Origin: the human T2T-CHM13v2.0 reference genome, Homo sapiens | Assembly: GCF_009914755.1 (NCBI RefSeq) | Contig: NC_060930.1 | Strand: one strand, 5' to 3' | Length of the DNA: 64,000 bases | Part shown: positions 14,952 to 29,589 of the stretch, piece by piece | Numbering within the stretch: position 1 is the stretch's first letter | Layout: each line of letters starts with the position of its first letter | Made by a program: the position numbers and the translations under genes | Notes under the pieces: generated by a model | Databases searched by the model: none | What the model was told of the DNA's origin: nothing | Seen by the model: only the letters and a program-made list of their open reading frames with translations

Positions 14952-15939
14952 ATATTTTCTTGCAGTCATACTATTTTACAACTATTTGTATACCATATAC
15001 ACAATTGTGTGTTCCAAGTAGAGATATGTCATGAGGTGTGTGTTTTTTTCTTTCCAGTCTCTATTAAAATAATACTCTACCCATGAAAACACATGGAAAT
15101 ATTATTGGCTATTATAACTCCAGGTGAATTATTTTGAGTGATAGTTTTCCAATCACAGCCACCTATTTTGAGGTCCTGAGGGATTGTAAAACTAGCAAGC
15201 ATATTTCCATAGTAGGAAATGGGCTAAAGTTTGGTGTGCTTTCTAAAGGGCTCCAGAGTCCAAGGGGCAGGTCAGTAAGGCCTTTGGGTAGTCGAGGAGA
15301 ATGGGCATCTGCATGCATTACTGAGAGAGGCGGTCTGTGAAGGATAAACTTAACCTGCTTTACAATTTTGCCTTGGGCTAGCCCTGGAGAGAATGATGAA
15401 TAATCACACAGGATTTAATGTTGTACTGTATCTAATATGCAGTTTGAAGGAATAGTTTATTTTTGGAAACACTGACTGAGACATAATTTATCATCAGCAT
15501 CTAAAAGGGTGTGATCATTTCCAACCATTTCCAACCAGCACAGCATAGCAGCACATAATTTTTTTTTTTTTTTGGTAAAATATGCCTGGTGTGACTGATT
15601 AAAGAGTGAACAGTCCTCTGCAGCCATGGATGCATTTGTGATTTGTGAAATAGGTGCCTGATTTTCAGCACCAGGCTCTGTGGACCCAGCTCTGTTTTCA
15701 AGCAAAGTTAAGAGGCACATGCATTGGGGTAACTTTTAAGGGGTCAATAGAAAGGCTGAGCTTCACAACGTTGGTCTGACAATATGTAATTAGAGATTTC
15801 TTTTATGACATACTAATATAACCCTAGGAAGGATACCGTGTAAACTTTACCAGTTGCCTCATTGCTATGCAGAAAAAGGAAGGGTTGAAATGTCAGGTTC
15901 TGGTTTGGGGTAAGGCGAACGATGTTGTGTAACATCTGA

Positions 15940-16100
15940 TCGTTTATTTAAAATGTGTATATTTTATTCATCACAGATTGTTGGATTTTGATTTTTAAAA
16001 TATTGCATTGTATTACAATATTATTTATCTTGATTACTGAGGTTCCTTGTGTCTCCTTATATTTTGTGTGAGTGCCTTACTTGCCACACTGTAGTCCCCT
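15940..16100. mobile_element. Short hAT-like DNA transposon fragment
   Basis: GATTTTTAAAATATTGCATT...ATATTATTTATCTTGATTACTGAG...GAGTGCCTTACTTGCC resembles a hAT MITE; family not assigned. Confidence 0.45.
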
Positions 16101-16191
16101 AACGATAAAATGACAGCAGAAAACATGTGGAACTCCGCACAAAACCCTTCAGCTACCTCTGGAGGTGATGACATGGGCTCAAACATATCAT

Positions 16192-16300
16192 TTATATATA
16201 TATATGTGTGTGTGTGTGTGTATGTGTGTATGTTTATGTGTGTGTGTGTGTGTGTTTGTGTGTGTGTATGTGTGTATTATATATATATATTATATATATA
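16192..16300. repeat. Compound (TA)n(TG)n(TA)n microsatellite
   Basis: Seen directly. Confidence 0.95.
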
Positions 16301-16656
16301 TGATATGGTTTGACTCTGTGTCCCCACCCAAATATCATCTTGAATTATACTCCCATAATTTCCACATGTTGCGGGAGGGACCTGGTGGGAGACAATTTGA
16401 ATCATGGGGGTGGTTTCCCCCATACAGTTCTCATGGTAGTGAATAAGTCTCACAAGATTTGATGGTTTTATCAGAGGTTTCTGCTTTTGCATCTTCCTCA
16501 TTTTATCTTGCCACCACCACGTAAGAAGTGCCTTTCACCTCCCACTGTGATTCTGAGGCCTCCCCAGTCATGTGGAACTGTAAGTCCAATTAAACCTCTT
16601 TTTTTCCCCCAGTCTTGAGTATGTCTTTATCAGCAATGTGAAAAGGAACTAATACA
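16301..16656 (+). mobile_element. THE1A-type MaLR 5' LTR
   Basis: TGATATGGTTTG...GTAAGAAGTGCCTTTC...GTAAGTCCAATTAAACCTC...ACTAATACA. Confidence 0.9.
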
Positions 16657-18357
16657 GTAAATTGGTACTAGAAGTGGGAGTGTTGCTGAAAAGATACCTG
16701 AAAATGTGGAAATGACTTCGGAACTAGGTAAGAGGCAGAGGTTGCAACAGTTTGGATGGCTCAGAAGAAGATAGGAAAATGTGGAAAGTTTGGAACTTCC
16801 TAGATATTTGAATGGCTTTGACCAAAAGTCTGATAGTGATATGGACAAAAAGGTCCAGGCTGAGGTGGTCTTAGATGGAGATGAGGAACTTGTTGGGAAC
16901 TGGAGCAAAAGTGACTCTTGTTATGTTTTAGCAAAGAGACTGGCAGCATTTTGCCCCTACCCTAGAGATTTGTGGAACTTTGAACTTGAGAGAGATGATT
17001 CAGAGTATCTGGTGGCAGAAATTTCTAAGCAGCAAAGCATTCAAGAGGTGAGTTGGGTGTTGTTAAAGGCATTCAGTTTTTTTTTTAATTTTTAATTTTT
17101 AATTAATTTATTTTTTTATTATTATACTTTAAGTTTTAGGGTACATGTGCACAATGTGCAGGTTAGTTACATATGTATACATGTGCTATGCTGGTGCGCT
17201 GCACCCACTAACTCGTCATCTAGCATTAGGTATATCTCCCAATGCTATACCTCCCCCCTCCCCCCACCCCACAGCAGTCCCCAGAGTGTGATGTTCCCCT
17301 TCTGTGTCCATGTGTTCTCATTGTTCAATTCCCACCTATGAGTGAGAATATGCGGTGTTTGGTTTTTTGTTCTTGCGATAGTTTACTGAGAATGATGATT
17401 TCCAATTTCATCCATGTCCCTACAAAGGACATGAACTCATCATTTCTTATGGCTGCATAGTATTCCATGGTGTATATGTTCCACATTTTCTTAATCCAGT
17501 CTATCATTGTTGGACATTTGGGTTGCATTCAGTTTTATAAGGGATGTAGAGCATAAAAGTTCAGAAAATTATTGGCCTGACAGTGTGATAGAAAAGAAAA
17601 ACCCATTTTCTGAGGAGAAATTGAAGCCAGCTGCAGGAATTTGCATAAGTGACAAGGAGCCAAATATTAATCCCCAAGACAATGGGGAAAATGTCTCCAG
17701 GGCATGCCAGAAGTCTTCACTACAGCCCCTCCATTACAGGCCCGGAGGCCAAGGAGAAACTGGTTTCGTGGGCCAGGTCCAGAGTCCCCATGCTGTGGGC
17801 ATCCTAGGGACTTGGTGCCCTGCATCCCAATTGCTCCAGCTGTGGCTGAAAGGGGCTAACATAGAGCTTGGGCCATGGCTTCAGAGGGTGGAAGCCCCAA
17901 GGCTTGGAGAGGTGTTGAGCCTGCGAATGCACAGAAATCAAGAATTTGGGTTTGGGAACCTTCGCCTAGATTTCAGATGTATGGAAATGCCTGGATGCCC
18001 AGGCAGAAGTTTGCTGCAGGAGTGCGGCACTAATGGAGGACCTCTGTTAGGGCAGTGCAGAAGGGAAATGTGGGGTCGGAGCCCCCACACAGAGTCCCTA
18101 CTGGGGCACCACCTTATGGACCTGTGAGAAGAGGGCCACTGTCCTCCAGACCCCAGAATAGTAGATCCAGCTACAGCTTGCACCGTTTGGCTGGAAAAGC
18201 CGCAGACACTCAATGACAACCTGTGAAAGCAGCTGGGAGGGAGGCTGTACCCTGGAAAGCCACAGGGGTGGAGCTGCCCAAGACCATGGGAACCCACCCC
18301 TTGCATCAGTGTGACCTGGATGTGAGACCTGAAATCAAAGGAGATCATTTGGGGCTT
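16657..18357 (+). mobile_element. THE1-int, interrupted by L1PA and 3'-truncated (no 3' LTR)
   Basis: GTAAATTGGTAC..AGTGGG..GTTGCTGAAAAGATACC; ORFs 16781-17095 and 17507-18127 give typical THE1-int translations; ends at GGAGATCATTTGGGGCTT. Confidence 0.9.
17081..17524 (-). mobile_element. Young L1PA (PA2/3-like) 3' end, 5'-truncated
   Basis: L1 3'UTR antisense; perfect 12-bp TSD GCATTCAGTTTT at 17069-17080 and 17525-17536. Confidence 0.95.
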
Positions 18358-18359
18358 AT

Positions 18360-18532
18360 TTCTGCACAGTACCTATCAGCTTTTAATGTATTAACTTATA
18401 TTTTCTGTCTCTTTTCCACTAGGATGTACACTCCATGATGTAGGTATTTTTGTCTCTTATTCACTGAATTATTTCAAAATTGATTAGTTGTAGGCATAAG
18501 TGCTCAACAAACTTTTGCTGAATTAATGAATA
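18360..18532 (+). mobile_element. L2 3' end
   Basis: CCACTAGGATGTACACTCCATGA...GTGCTCAACAAACTTTTGCTGAATTAATGAAT. Confidence 0.75.
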
Positions 18533-19084
18533 CGTTGATAATGGAATGTAACTTCTGTTTTTTTCATGTAAAAGTGATATTTTTGATTAAGCAAACTAAT
18601 ATTTGATGCTGAGAAAAAAAACCTACAAAGAAAACTAAATTGTTCAAAAACATAGTTGTTCAGGTAGCTAACTAAATACCTGCAGTGGTGAGTTGGAAGA
18701 CTCTCAGTGATATGCATTGAATTAATTAGATAATCTGTCTCTCTTTTCCCTTCTCACTCTCTCCCACTCTTTGCATAAAATCAACATTTACAAGAGAATC
18801 CCTCTTTCTGAGCACTTTTCTGTCACTAACTCAGTCTCACTCTTCATTACCTTTTTTACCTGAACAATCGTTGGGTCACCAATTATAATATCTGTCTATT
18901 GATTAACTCACATCTTTGCCCCTTTTTCTTTTGGCTCATTTGTTTAAGTTACCTATCAAACTGCAATAATTATACTTTTTTTGAGGATATTAATACTCGC
19001 TAACCACAAACAAAAATCATTCTGACTTCTGCTATGTTTTGCACTATAGTACTTGAAGAAGAGATGGCATGGGCTCAGGGTTAA

Positions 19085-19200
19085 TTCATTCATTAATTGA
19101 GTCATTCCATTTATTCAACAAACATTTAGTGAACACCTATGTGCAAGAATAGTGTTGGGTGTTGTGGACAAATTAATGAGCAAAAATTGGTCTTCTGTGT
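19085..19200 (-). mobile_element. L2 3' end
   Basis: TTCATTCATT...TTATTCAACAAACATTTAGTGAACACCTATGTGC. Confidence 0.7.
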
Positions 19201-19256
19201 GTTCTTGTGTAGATGGATTTAAAATTATCACTATAGTGAAAATGCAGTAGTATATA

Positions 19257-19769
19257 CAGTTGTTCATTGGCATCTATGGGAGATTAGCTCCCAAATCCCC
19301 ACAAATCCCCAAATCCCTGGATGTTCAAGTCCCTGATATAAAATGGCACACTATTTGCATACAACCTATGTACGTCCTCCCATATACATTAAATAATCTC
19401 CAGATTATAATACCTAATACAATGTAAATGCTAGGTTAATCGTTATTATAATGTATTGTGTAGAGAAAAATGACAAGAACAAAGTCTATACAGGTCAGGC
19501 GCGGTGGCTCACGCCTGTAATCCCAGCACTTTGGGAGGCCGAGGCAGGTGAATCACGAGGTCAGGAGATTGAGACCATCCTGGCTAACATGGTGAAACCC
19601 CGTCTCTACTAAAAATATAAAAAATTAGCCAGGTGTGGTGGCAGGCACCTGTAGTCCCAGCTACTCAGGAGGCTGAAGCAGGACAATGGCGTGAACCCGG
19701 GAGGCGGAGCTTGTAGAGAGCCGAGATCGCACCACTGCACTCCAGCCTGGGCGACAGAGCGAGACTCTG

Positions 19770-19804
<35 letters not shown>

Positions 19805-19898
19805 ATACATATTCAGCACAGAAGAAACCACCCAGTTTTCTCCTGAATATTTTCAATTCTTGTTGATGTGAAACCCACAGATATGGAAGCTGATTGCA
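19257..19898. mobile_element. MER2 (TcMar-Tigger), interrupted by AluY
   Basis: GATGTTCAAGTCCCTGATATAAAATGGC...TAATACCTAATACAATGTAAATGCTA...AAACCCACAGATATGGA. Confidence 0.85.
19493..19800 (+). mobile_element. AluY
   Basis: GAGACCATCCTGGCTAAC and GGCGTGAACCCGGGAGGCGGAGCTTG; TSD AAAGTCTATACA / AAAGTTTATACA. Confidence 0.95.
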
Positions 19899-20184
19899 TT
19901 TTAACTATCAACCAACTATCAACTATCCTACATATTTTTTTTCCGTTTAAGAAATTTTCTTTTATTCTGTGGCTCTTCTTTCCGTATTGTGGGATGTCTA
20001 CAACCCCATGAATGTTCGTTATAGCAGGAAATAAGAGCTCCTTAGAGATAACACCTGGTTAAAGGTTTGAAGTTCTAAAAGCCAGCCTTAATGCTATGCT
20101 TGTTACAGGTTTCCTTTGTTCGGAATAATAACTTTTTTTGGTATTAAGTAATTCTGACCAAAAAAAGTATATAAAGTAGATTTG

Positions 20185-20290
20185 ATTATTATTCCTTTTA
20201 CAAATAATAAAACTGAGGTACAAACAGGTAGCTCACTTTCTAAAGGCCCCAGAGTTGTGAAATGGTAAAACCGAGTTGCCACCCCAATGA
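20185..20290 (-). mobile_element. MIR fragment
   Basis: ATTATTATTCCTTTTTACAAAT..AAAACTGAGG. Confidence 0.55.
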
Positions 20291-23134
20291 TCTAAACACC
20301 TCTTGTCTGGCTTTTGCAGGTGAAAAATGACTTCCAATCATTGTCCACTCAATAATTATAATCTCTGGTAAAAGGCCATTTAAAAATAGATTTATGGCCT
20401 TATTTTCTAATCACTTTTGGGATATGGGAACAATCATTTTAAATTGAACAGTACCTAAAATTCATAAGCACATTTATTAGATTACAGTAGCACATATGGT
20501 ATTATTTTCCTGAAAATTGAACCACTGGATTGAATTGCACGAAATGTCCAAGTTAGGTTATTCATTCTCATGTACTGAGTGTATCATTTTTTTCTTAAGA
20601 AATTATATCGATTCCTATTGAACACCAGATTGGTTTTAATATTTAACAAGTTAAAGCATTCCTGGGAACATGGAAGCAAAAATTCACTTGTATTTAGTCT
20701 TTGTGCATAAATCTAGCCTCTTCTGTAGTAGGATAATTGTTTATTCAAGATATAGCTAAAACCAACCTTAAAAAGACAGCTATTATACTAGCTGCTTGAA
20801 TTTGGGGCCCTCTGCTGAATTCATTGAAGTAGTTTAAATCTAAACTTAATTTTTATCTTTTCAATGCAGACATTTCCTGCTTTAATGCATCTTTGTCTTT
20901 TTGGCCATGGGACGTTGAAGAATGAATGACAGGATATGTGCAGCTATTTGATAGAATACATTTTTAAAAGGAGGTGTGTGCACCTGCCAAATACACAGCC
21001 TATGTACTGGTTGATGAAAGAATTCTCAGCAATGCATCTTCTCTTGGGGTCCACTCCCAGATTTCAGTAATAGACTTCTTTGGGAACTACATAAACATAC
21101 TTGTGTGAATGATGCCAGGACTGCTGTTCCATTGCCAAGAAGGGCACATACTAGTTTACAGTCTAGGTATCCTGGGGGCTAAAAGCCTCACAGGCCTCAG
21201 AGAATATCATTATAAATGATTTTATTCATTTCATTAAAAAATCTGTATAAGAGAGACTCATTACTAAATGTACAGTTACCTTAATGAATTGGCACAAAAC
21301 ATGTTACTTGAATTACCAATTTTATATCAATATTTTCCCCATCCCTTATAGAAAAACTGCTGAAAATACGGAACAAGCATTTAAAAAAGTTCTTAATAGA
21401 AGATACAAATAAATAACATGTTTCTATAGTGTACACTTTGTACTGCTGGGTGAGGTGACAGACCATCTGTGAAGATACATAAATAATAGCTATCTAAGGA
21501 TCTGACTGACCACATCTAATCAAGAAACATTGTTGATAACTGAGAACCAGCAGTTAGGGCATGCCAGACCCAAGGGGAAGCAAATGTTTTTCTCCCATCA
21601 GTAGGAAGCTGCTGTCATGAGGTAATAAACAAATTAAGATCTCCCACAACAAAATACAAGTGGTATATCTTGGGGATAATGTCTTAGTAATTGCATTAAT
21701 GGAAGGTCATTTTCAACACATGATTATTTCTTGTGGGAAGTAATCTTTTTGAAGAAGTACCTGAAGTATGTTTTATGTTAACTTTGAAAGAAGATAAAAG
21801 GCACTCATGATTTTTTTTATGCCAGCAAACACTGGGGATAATGAGTCACCGAAAGTGAATATTTTTCATGCTATCTTGTTAAATAGAAAATGAACAATTA
21901 TTTAAAGAATGTTTCATTAGAAAATGATTTTAAAGTGGAATTATATAAAGACCTATGCAGGACCTGTTTCTACAAACCAATAAGAAGGGACTCAGATGAT
22001 CTCTGTATATAGGTGGAGAGCTGGTAGTTGTAAGATATTGATATTATTCAAGGATTTCTCCATTTACTGTAATTTCTAGATCGATTTTCAGGAAGAGTTT
22101 GCAGTTTGTTTATGTGAATATTATATTTATCTCTTTTATATTTTTTCTGTTCAAGTTTTTCTTGTTTGTTAAACCCAATATATTTTGGTTTGTGGGAATT
22201 TCCAGAAGATGTTGATAGGATAGGGATAGGTTTAGGGGAGAGATTCCCTTAAAACCTATACCCTCTTGCTCTACCTACATGCAGATTCCAGCCCTCTAGG
22301 GAAGAGAAAGAAAGTGTGCTTTTCTCAGCATAAGTCCCTTCCACCCACGTAAAAGGGTACATGAGAAACTAGTCAGGAGAGAACATTATTTGAGATCCCT
22401 CTGAAGATTCATATGCACATCCCCTTTCAGTCAGAACACAAAAATCTCTCATTTGCAAAATGACATTTATAAAATATTTCTGTGGTTATTTGATTAATTT
22501 CTGTCATCTTCACTGGACCATATGCTCTAAGAACAAAAAGGCAATATCTTTTCTTGTCCACTACATTTCCATGTATCCAGCTCAGCCAGGGAGGAATGAC
22601 TGATTTTGTAACTCAGGAAACCCCAGGAGTTTTCAGCCCTCTGTTTCTCCATCAAGGCTCACCTGGAATTCCTAAGATTGCTTGAGTATGGTGCCCTTTG
22701 TCCCTTAGACAGAAGGAATCTGGGATAATATCTGGCATTATCCCTCTGCTAAAATCATATAGGGAAAGCTAAGTCCTCTGTTGGTGAAAGCGCAATGGTT
22801 TAGGATTAGGAATTAGAACCCAAATCCTTCTCAACCCAATCAGAGGAAGGAAAGCAGCAGAGGCTTCAAAATCTATGTCACCTTTTATTCTCTCTGGTCC
22901 CCTTGTTTCTCCCAGTTAATCCAAGGAAGTTGTGGCAAGGCTGTACCTGAATAATAATAGCATATTAATCTATACAAACATTTTAACATTTGTGATTGAT
23001 TTTTATATATCACAATAAAGATTATGCTACTAAATTAATAATATGAATTGTTTGTATTATTCATTTTAGCTTCGACCTTATGGTACCTCCAAACTTCATA
23101 GTTTACTGTTCAGAAATAGTATGAATTCATGTAT

Positions 23135-23252
23135 TAATTCATTTAGAAAATGTTTAGTGAGTGCTGTTCTGTGCCAGGCACTGTGCTTGCTCATGGAAAT
23201 AGATACTAAGGGAAAAAGACATACTGTCTCTGTCTTCAAGGAGCTTACAGTT
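23135..23252 (-). mobile_element. L2 3' fragment
   Basis: TGTTTAGTGAGTGC...TGTGCCAGGCACTGTGCT...TCAAGGAGCTTACAGT. Confidence 0.75.
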
Positions 23253-26200
23253 AAGGAGATCTACTGTAACACAAGAAATATTGTTTTGTGTCTCACACCT
23301 GGGGGATTATTTAATAGTTGGAAAGAAATTTAGATGGGGAGAAACAATTGTTTTAACAGGTAAAAAAGCCTATTAGCCTATAAATAGTTTTCTAGCAGAG
23401 AGAAAAAACCTTGCAAGTCTAAAAACAAAAAAAATTAAGAGCAATACATATAATACTACATAATATTATTTTTTCTTCTAATCTTCCAAAGTTACAAAAA
23501 TTATTAGCTCTTATTTCAATCATTTCGTTTAGGTTGACTTTTTATGCCTTCTTAAAAAGTTCTTTCATCTATTTTCTTTTAATTCCAAAAGTGTTCAGAA
23601 AGAAAATCCAAGCTAAAATGAAAGATGAATACTCTTTGCAATATTCTGACATTTTGTCACACCCAAAAGAAACAAATCTAATCTACACATTCTTTATTTA
23701 ATTATTTATTGCCTTGGTCAATATGTAACTATCTAATTGCATACATTTTTATATTTCAGTACAGTTTGTGCTTTGAATTTTACTAAGAGGTTTTGAGAAA
23801 AAAATAACCGTTTAGCTATTATGTGAAGAATGTCATGCATAAATGGGAGTAAATATTACTTAACAATTGTATAACAAAATAATATTTTGCACATGGTACT
23901 TAAGGCAAATCTTTCTGTAAGGCAAAAGGATTTTTTTAAAAAAATTTAATCTGGCACTTTAGAAAAATATGTGAGATTTGAAAAATTTCAAGTGATATAT
24001 GCATTTCTACTTTGGAATCCATTTTAACTTTCAAGACAAAGCAAACAGCTGTTAGAGTCTGAGAAGCTAGGGGAGAGAAGCAGACATGAAAGACTATTCC
24101 AGAAGGAATCCTGAACTAGTTTATAAGATGCTAGTCACATCAGAAAAAGACCAATTGTTTTTTCTACAAATGTCAAAGGAAGATTTTAAAGTGTGGGGTT
24201 GATTTTGTTTTCCAGTTTGGAAAAATGTGTTACTCCTAGGTGTTGACTCTCAGACAATGTTTCTGAAGCATCAGAAAATGTGTAAAGTAAACTCCTAAAT
24301 GGTGATCTTGAGGTATCTGCAGGCAAACTCTCAAATGTAGTGATTGAAATGAAGTCTTTCTCATCAGCCTGGAAAATAACCACTGTTTTCTCCACTTTAC
24401 TTCTTAATTGCTAAAGGGCAATATCTTAACTCTAATTTATCCCAGCACAGAGTTTGTTTTTTAGTTGCTTTAAAACGGAGACTATATTGATAAAATATTT
24501 TTATAGCTTTGCTACAGCTTAAAATACTTTTCTTACCATGAGTATTGCCTTGGAAAAAATTATTACAAAAGTTGTTGGATTTAGATCTTGACCCCTAACA
24601 TCCCTCTAAAAATTGTAATATTTGTTGAAAAAGAACACTTTATTGTGTAATTGAGGAACTACTAAAGCACACCTGAGTTTTATATGCTTAAATCGTACTG
24701 GTAATTCTATAGTTCCTCATGTTATTTGTTTAGCAATATCTCCTTTGCACTATACTAAAAGCTAGTTAAATAGCCACCATGTTGATATTGTTCACCAGTG
24801 ACACCTTTGTTTTGAGTTGGTGGCAGAGTTTCTACATGTATCAGTGAGACCCTTGAACAGGTTGTTCAATGCTTCATTTATGATTTCCCATTAGTATGGC
24901 CTAGTCAGTCCAAGAAACAAGGGCTTTTGCCGAGGACCTCACTTCAGAAATAAAATGGAACAACAATATATTTTGATTTGCTGAATGAATAAAAAGACAA
25001 ATTGTTGGTCCTCTGCCTTATTGTTATGTTGAAGTTAATTGACCATATTTAAGCAGACAAAATAATTCTACTAAATAGAAAGATTAGCCATTACTTCTAC
25101 AGTGAAATCCTCTGAAATACTGCATGTATTGATTTGGATCTTTGACTTTTTTCCCCTGTGTTAAGCATTTTTGCATCTTTCACTCTCTGAGTTAAATGAA
25201 ATAAATGAAACTTAAATAAAATATGATATGCCCAGGACAAGGTTTGTGCACATTTCTAGTAAAAATGACGAATGGGTTTAGTGAGTTATTTTTAGTCAAT
25301 TATGTTAATGGCTGACTATAAGTAGGGTCATAAAACTGTACATATCAAATATGTGTAGTTCTTTTTATATCAATTATACCTCAATAAATCTGTTAAAACT
25401 AAAAAAGCAGAGTGTCTATTTTAAAAGAAATTTGTGCTACAATCTTTCATGAAAACAAAGCAGAATAGAAAGAATGCTTCAAATTGTCATGGCTGATACA
25501 GTAATTGCAGTATAGTATAGTAATTGCAGTGTTAATCTATGATTTTAATTTATAATTAATCTATAATTTTAATAAGATTTTATTTGAATAAGTTTAATGT
25601 ATTAAGTAACAATAGTTTTCAATGAAACCTTAAACTGTTCTTTCTTAAAATTATGTATACTAAAAATGTACAAGTCTTCATATTTACTTTGATATGATTT
25701 CCAATTGTGCAGGTGGTTTAGAATTTGGAAAATGTATACTTCAGAGCTTGACTATTACATAATTACAAAGACGAAGCATAGATTATGTCCTCAATTATGA
25801 ATAATACTTCATACTTTTCATGATTAGTTTTTGATTTTACTGAGCCATTCTCTGGGGCTTTCACAAGTATTGGCAAGGGACTTGAACTCTGGCAATTTAA
25901 CAGGTCGTTTAATGCTTTAAAGATGATTCCCATTAATATGGCTCCATCAGACCAAAAATCATGGACTTCCATAAGGCTTTTTCAGGACCTCAATTACGTT
26001 AGGTATTTGAGTGCTTATCCAATATACTGATTTGATTACTTGAGATGTATGGATTTTAGAAGAATAAAAGCAATGTTTATATAAGGCATTTATGCCCAGT
26101 TCTGAAAGTAGGAAAAGATAGTGCCTGACAAATAAACCATCATAATGAATGGAATTTCTATCAACTAAGATCTTTCCTCCTCCATTCCTACAGGTTCAGC

Positions 26201-27929
26201 CAAATTGGGTCCTAAAATACCTGCATTAATTGAGTGCATTATTTTTGTTATCATGGGAGCTAATGCTGAATATTTCATAGCATCTTAATGTTGGAAGGCA
26301 AATGTAGTGGTCATTTATTTCAATTGCTTCTTTAATCAGAAAAACTTTGCCCTTTAAATACTCAAGTTGCTTCAATGCTAAATGGTACAAATTTGATCAG
26401 GTGATAAATATAGATCATAATGTTTAATAATGATAACACAGCAATTATCAACCTAAAACACCTTTGCTGATATGACTACTACTTATGTTCGCTTAACGAG
26501 TATTCCCATAGCTTGCAATTTTGACTCAACATTTTAAAGAAGATGCTTCCAGCCTGCTAGGTTAGGTTCAAGTGATTTGCACAAGGCTTCCACTAACAGG
26601 AAGAAATGTCTATGTCCCTCGCAGCAGTCACACATTTAATCAAATACAGCTCATAAATTACATTTACAATCTTTAGACTTCAATCAATAGGGTATTTTAT
26701 AGTCTGTAGAAAAATTATCTGGAGAGAAGTAGGAGAAATACAAGAAGGATGTAGCTGGGGCCTGTCCAGGTCTAGAATCTGCACTCTTGTCATGCTGAAG
26801 GGATTAACCTACCGATTTTAACAAAGAGGGATATCTCCAAATCAGCTGTGTGCAGGGCCAGGGCAAAGTTGGTGCTAATGAAGCATTCTGGGAAGACATG
26901 ATCAATAGCACCAAAGCAAAGAAAATGTTTATGTTCTTTCATTCAACTTCGGAGTGAATTACAAAAATTAATTGGGGAAAAGATCATGGTGCTTACAGTA
27001 ACTGATCCCAGTTTACCTGCTTCTCTGTAAAAGTAGCTTGCTAATGATAATGTATCTTAAGATCTCATAGTTGTACAATATTATACTTTAGTGGCATATT
27101 TCCTGGACACAATAATGTGCTATTCCTTTTTCACTCTCACTGTGATAAAAATTTTGCTAAAGTTGTAGAATCACAGTTTATAAAATAACAGCTTCATTTA
27201 GATTTTCCACCACGTGCACACAAATAGGTTATTTAATCAGTTTCTAAAATTATATGAGCAGTAGAAGATGTCCTGCTGGCTGGTCCAAAATACTTTGATA
27301 GAAGAAGTGAGAAAGATTTCATTTAGATGCTCTAAATCTTTCTGTACTTTCTATTAATGGTTATGCAAGTTTTGTGGCAAATCATGCTCCCAAATAAGAG
27401 AATCATACCGCAAGGAATGATTACCATATATTTATTTAGTTTCTGGTATATAAAATGGTACCTATGATATGAAATTAAATTATACATCAATGTGGAAAAT
27501 GATGGACTTTTTGAGTCTCGAGCTATCTTAATGTCAGACAATAAGGATTGTGATTGTGATGATGGATTATTGATGTTTAAGTTCCTGAGAGTAAAATGAT
27601 AAGAACTTTTCACAACACAAATATGACAATGCCAATATTCAGAATAGTGCCATCACTTGGCTTTTTTTCTTTCAAATTTAGCACATGGGTTTATTTATGG
27701 CAGACAGGTATATATTCTGTGTCTCCTGAAGTCCCAAAGTTCTCAGACTATTCATTCAAATTCAGGGCAGGTTACAAGAAAGGATTTAGAATCTGGCTGA
27801 CTCTGACTTTCTGACTTACAGGTAATGCACAAAGTCCAAAGGGCATACGTACATACAGACACACACACCCATATATATGCACATATATCTGCCTAGATGT
27901 ATGCATATGATATATTAAAAATTATATTA

Positions 27930-29120
<1,191 letters not shown>

Positions 29121-29289
29121 GCAAATTATACTCTTAGACACTAGCATTAGAGTCTCAAGGTAAAAATCAGGTTAGAACATGATTCAGAGAATATAAGAAA
29201 ATTTAACATTTCTAGAATTCCAGAAAGAAATTTTTCAAAAAGTTTGCAAAGTTTTATCTAAAATTTATTTTGATGTTGTGTATCAATTA

Positions 29290-29421
29290 TTACCCTCCTT
29301 AGATTTGTGAGCTCCATAACAGTAAAGGTCTTGACCTTGTTCATCAGTTTTTTCCTGGCACCTAGAACAGTTTCTACTATAGAGGTGTTACTCAGTAAAT
29401 ATTGATAAATGAACGAATGAC
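29290..29421 (+). mobile_element. L2 3' end
   Basis: TAGATTTGTGAGCTCCAT...GCACCTAGAACAG...CTCAGTAAATATTGATAAATGAACGAATGA. Confidence 0.7.
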
Positions 29422-29589
29422 ATGATCCTCATCTAGTTGGTCAACTTATAGAGAAGTTTCCCAATGATTCAGTGGGGGTTTAGAATCGGGCATGCAGATA
29501 CTGATAAGAAAAAAACAGGAGGTAGCAGAAGGCCTGATGCGTGATCAGAGATATACAAGGACAGGGAAGGCTGAGATTGAGAGGGGCAT

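Noticed and set aside
16557-16572. Possible PRDM9 hotspot motif in THE1 LTRs (also ~43423)
   Set aside because: The sequences read CCTCCCCAGTCAT and CCTCCCCACACAT, not the hot CCTCCCTNNCCAC variant.
17507-18127. 206-aa ORF, the longest in the window
   Set aside because: Chimeric L1/THE1-int translation with a non-ATG start; repeat-derived.
20305-20372. Potential small exon (TTTTGCAG...CTG|GTAAAA)
   Set aside because: Weak donor, stop codons and no supporting partner exons.
27470-27600. Short open frame and C/D-box-like motifs (GTGATGA...CTGA)
   Set aside because: No recognisable protein, boxes too close together and no terminal stem.
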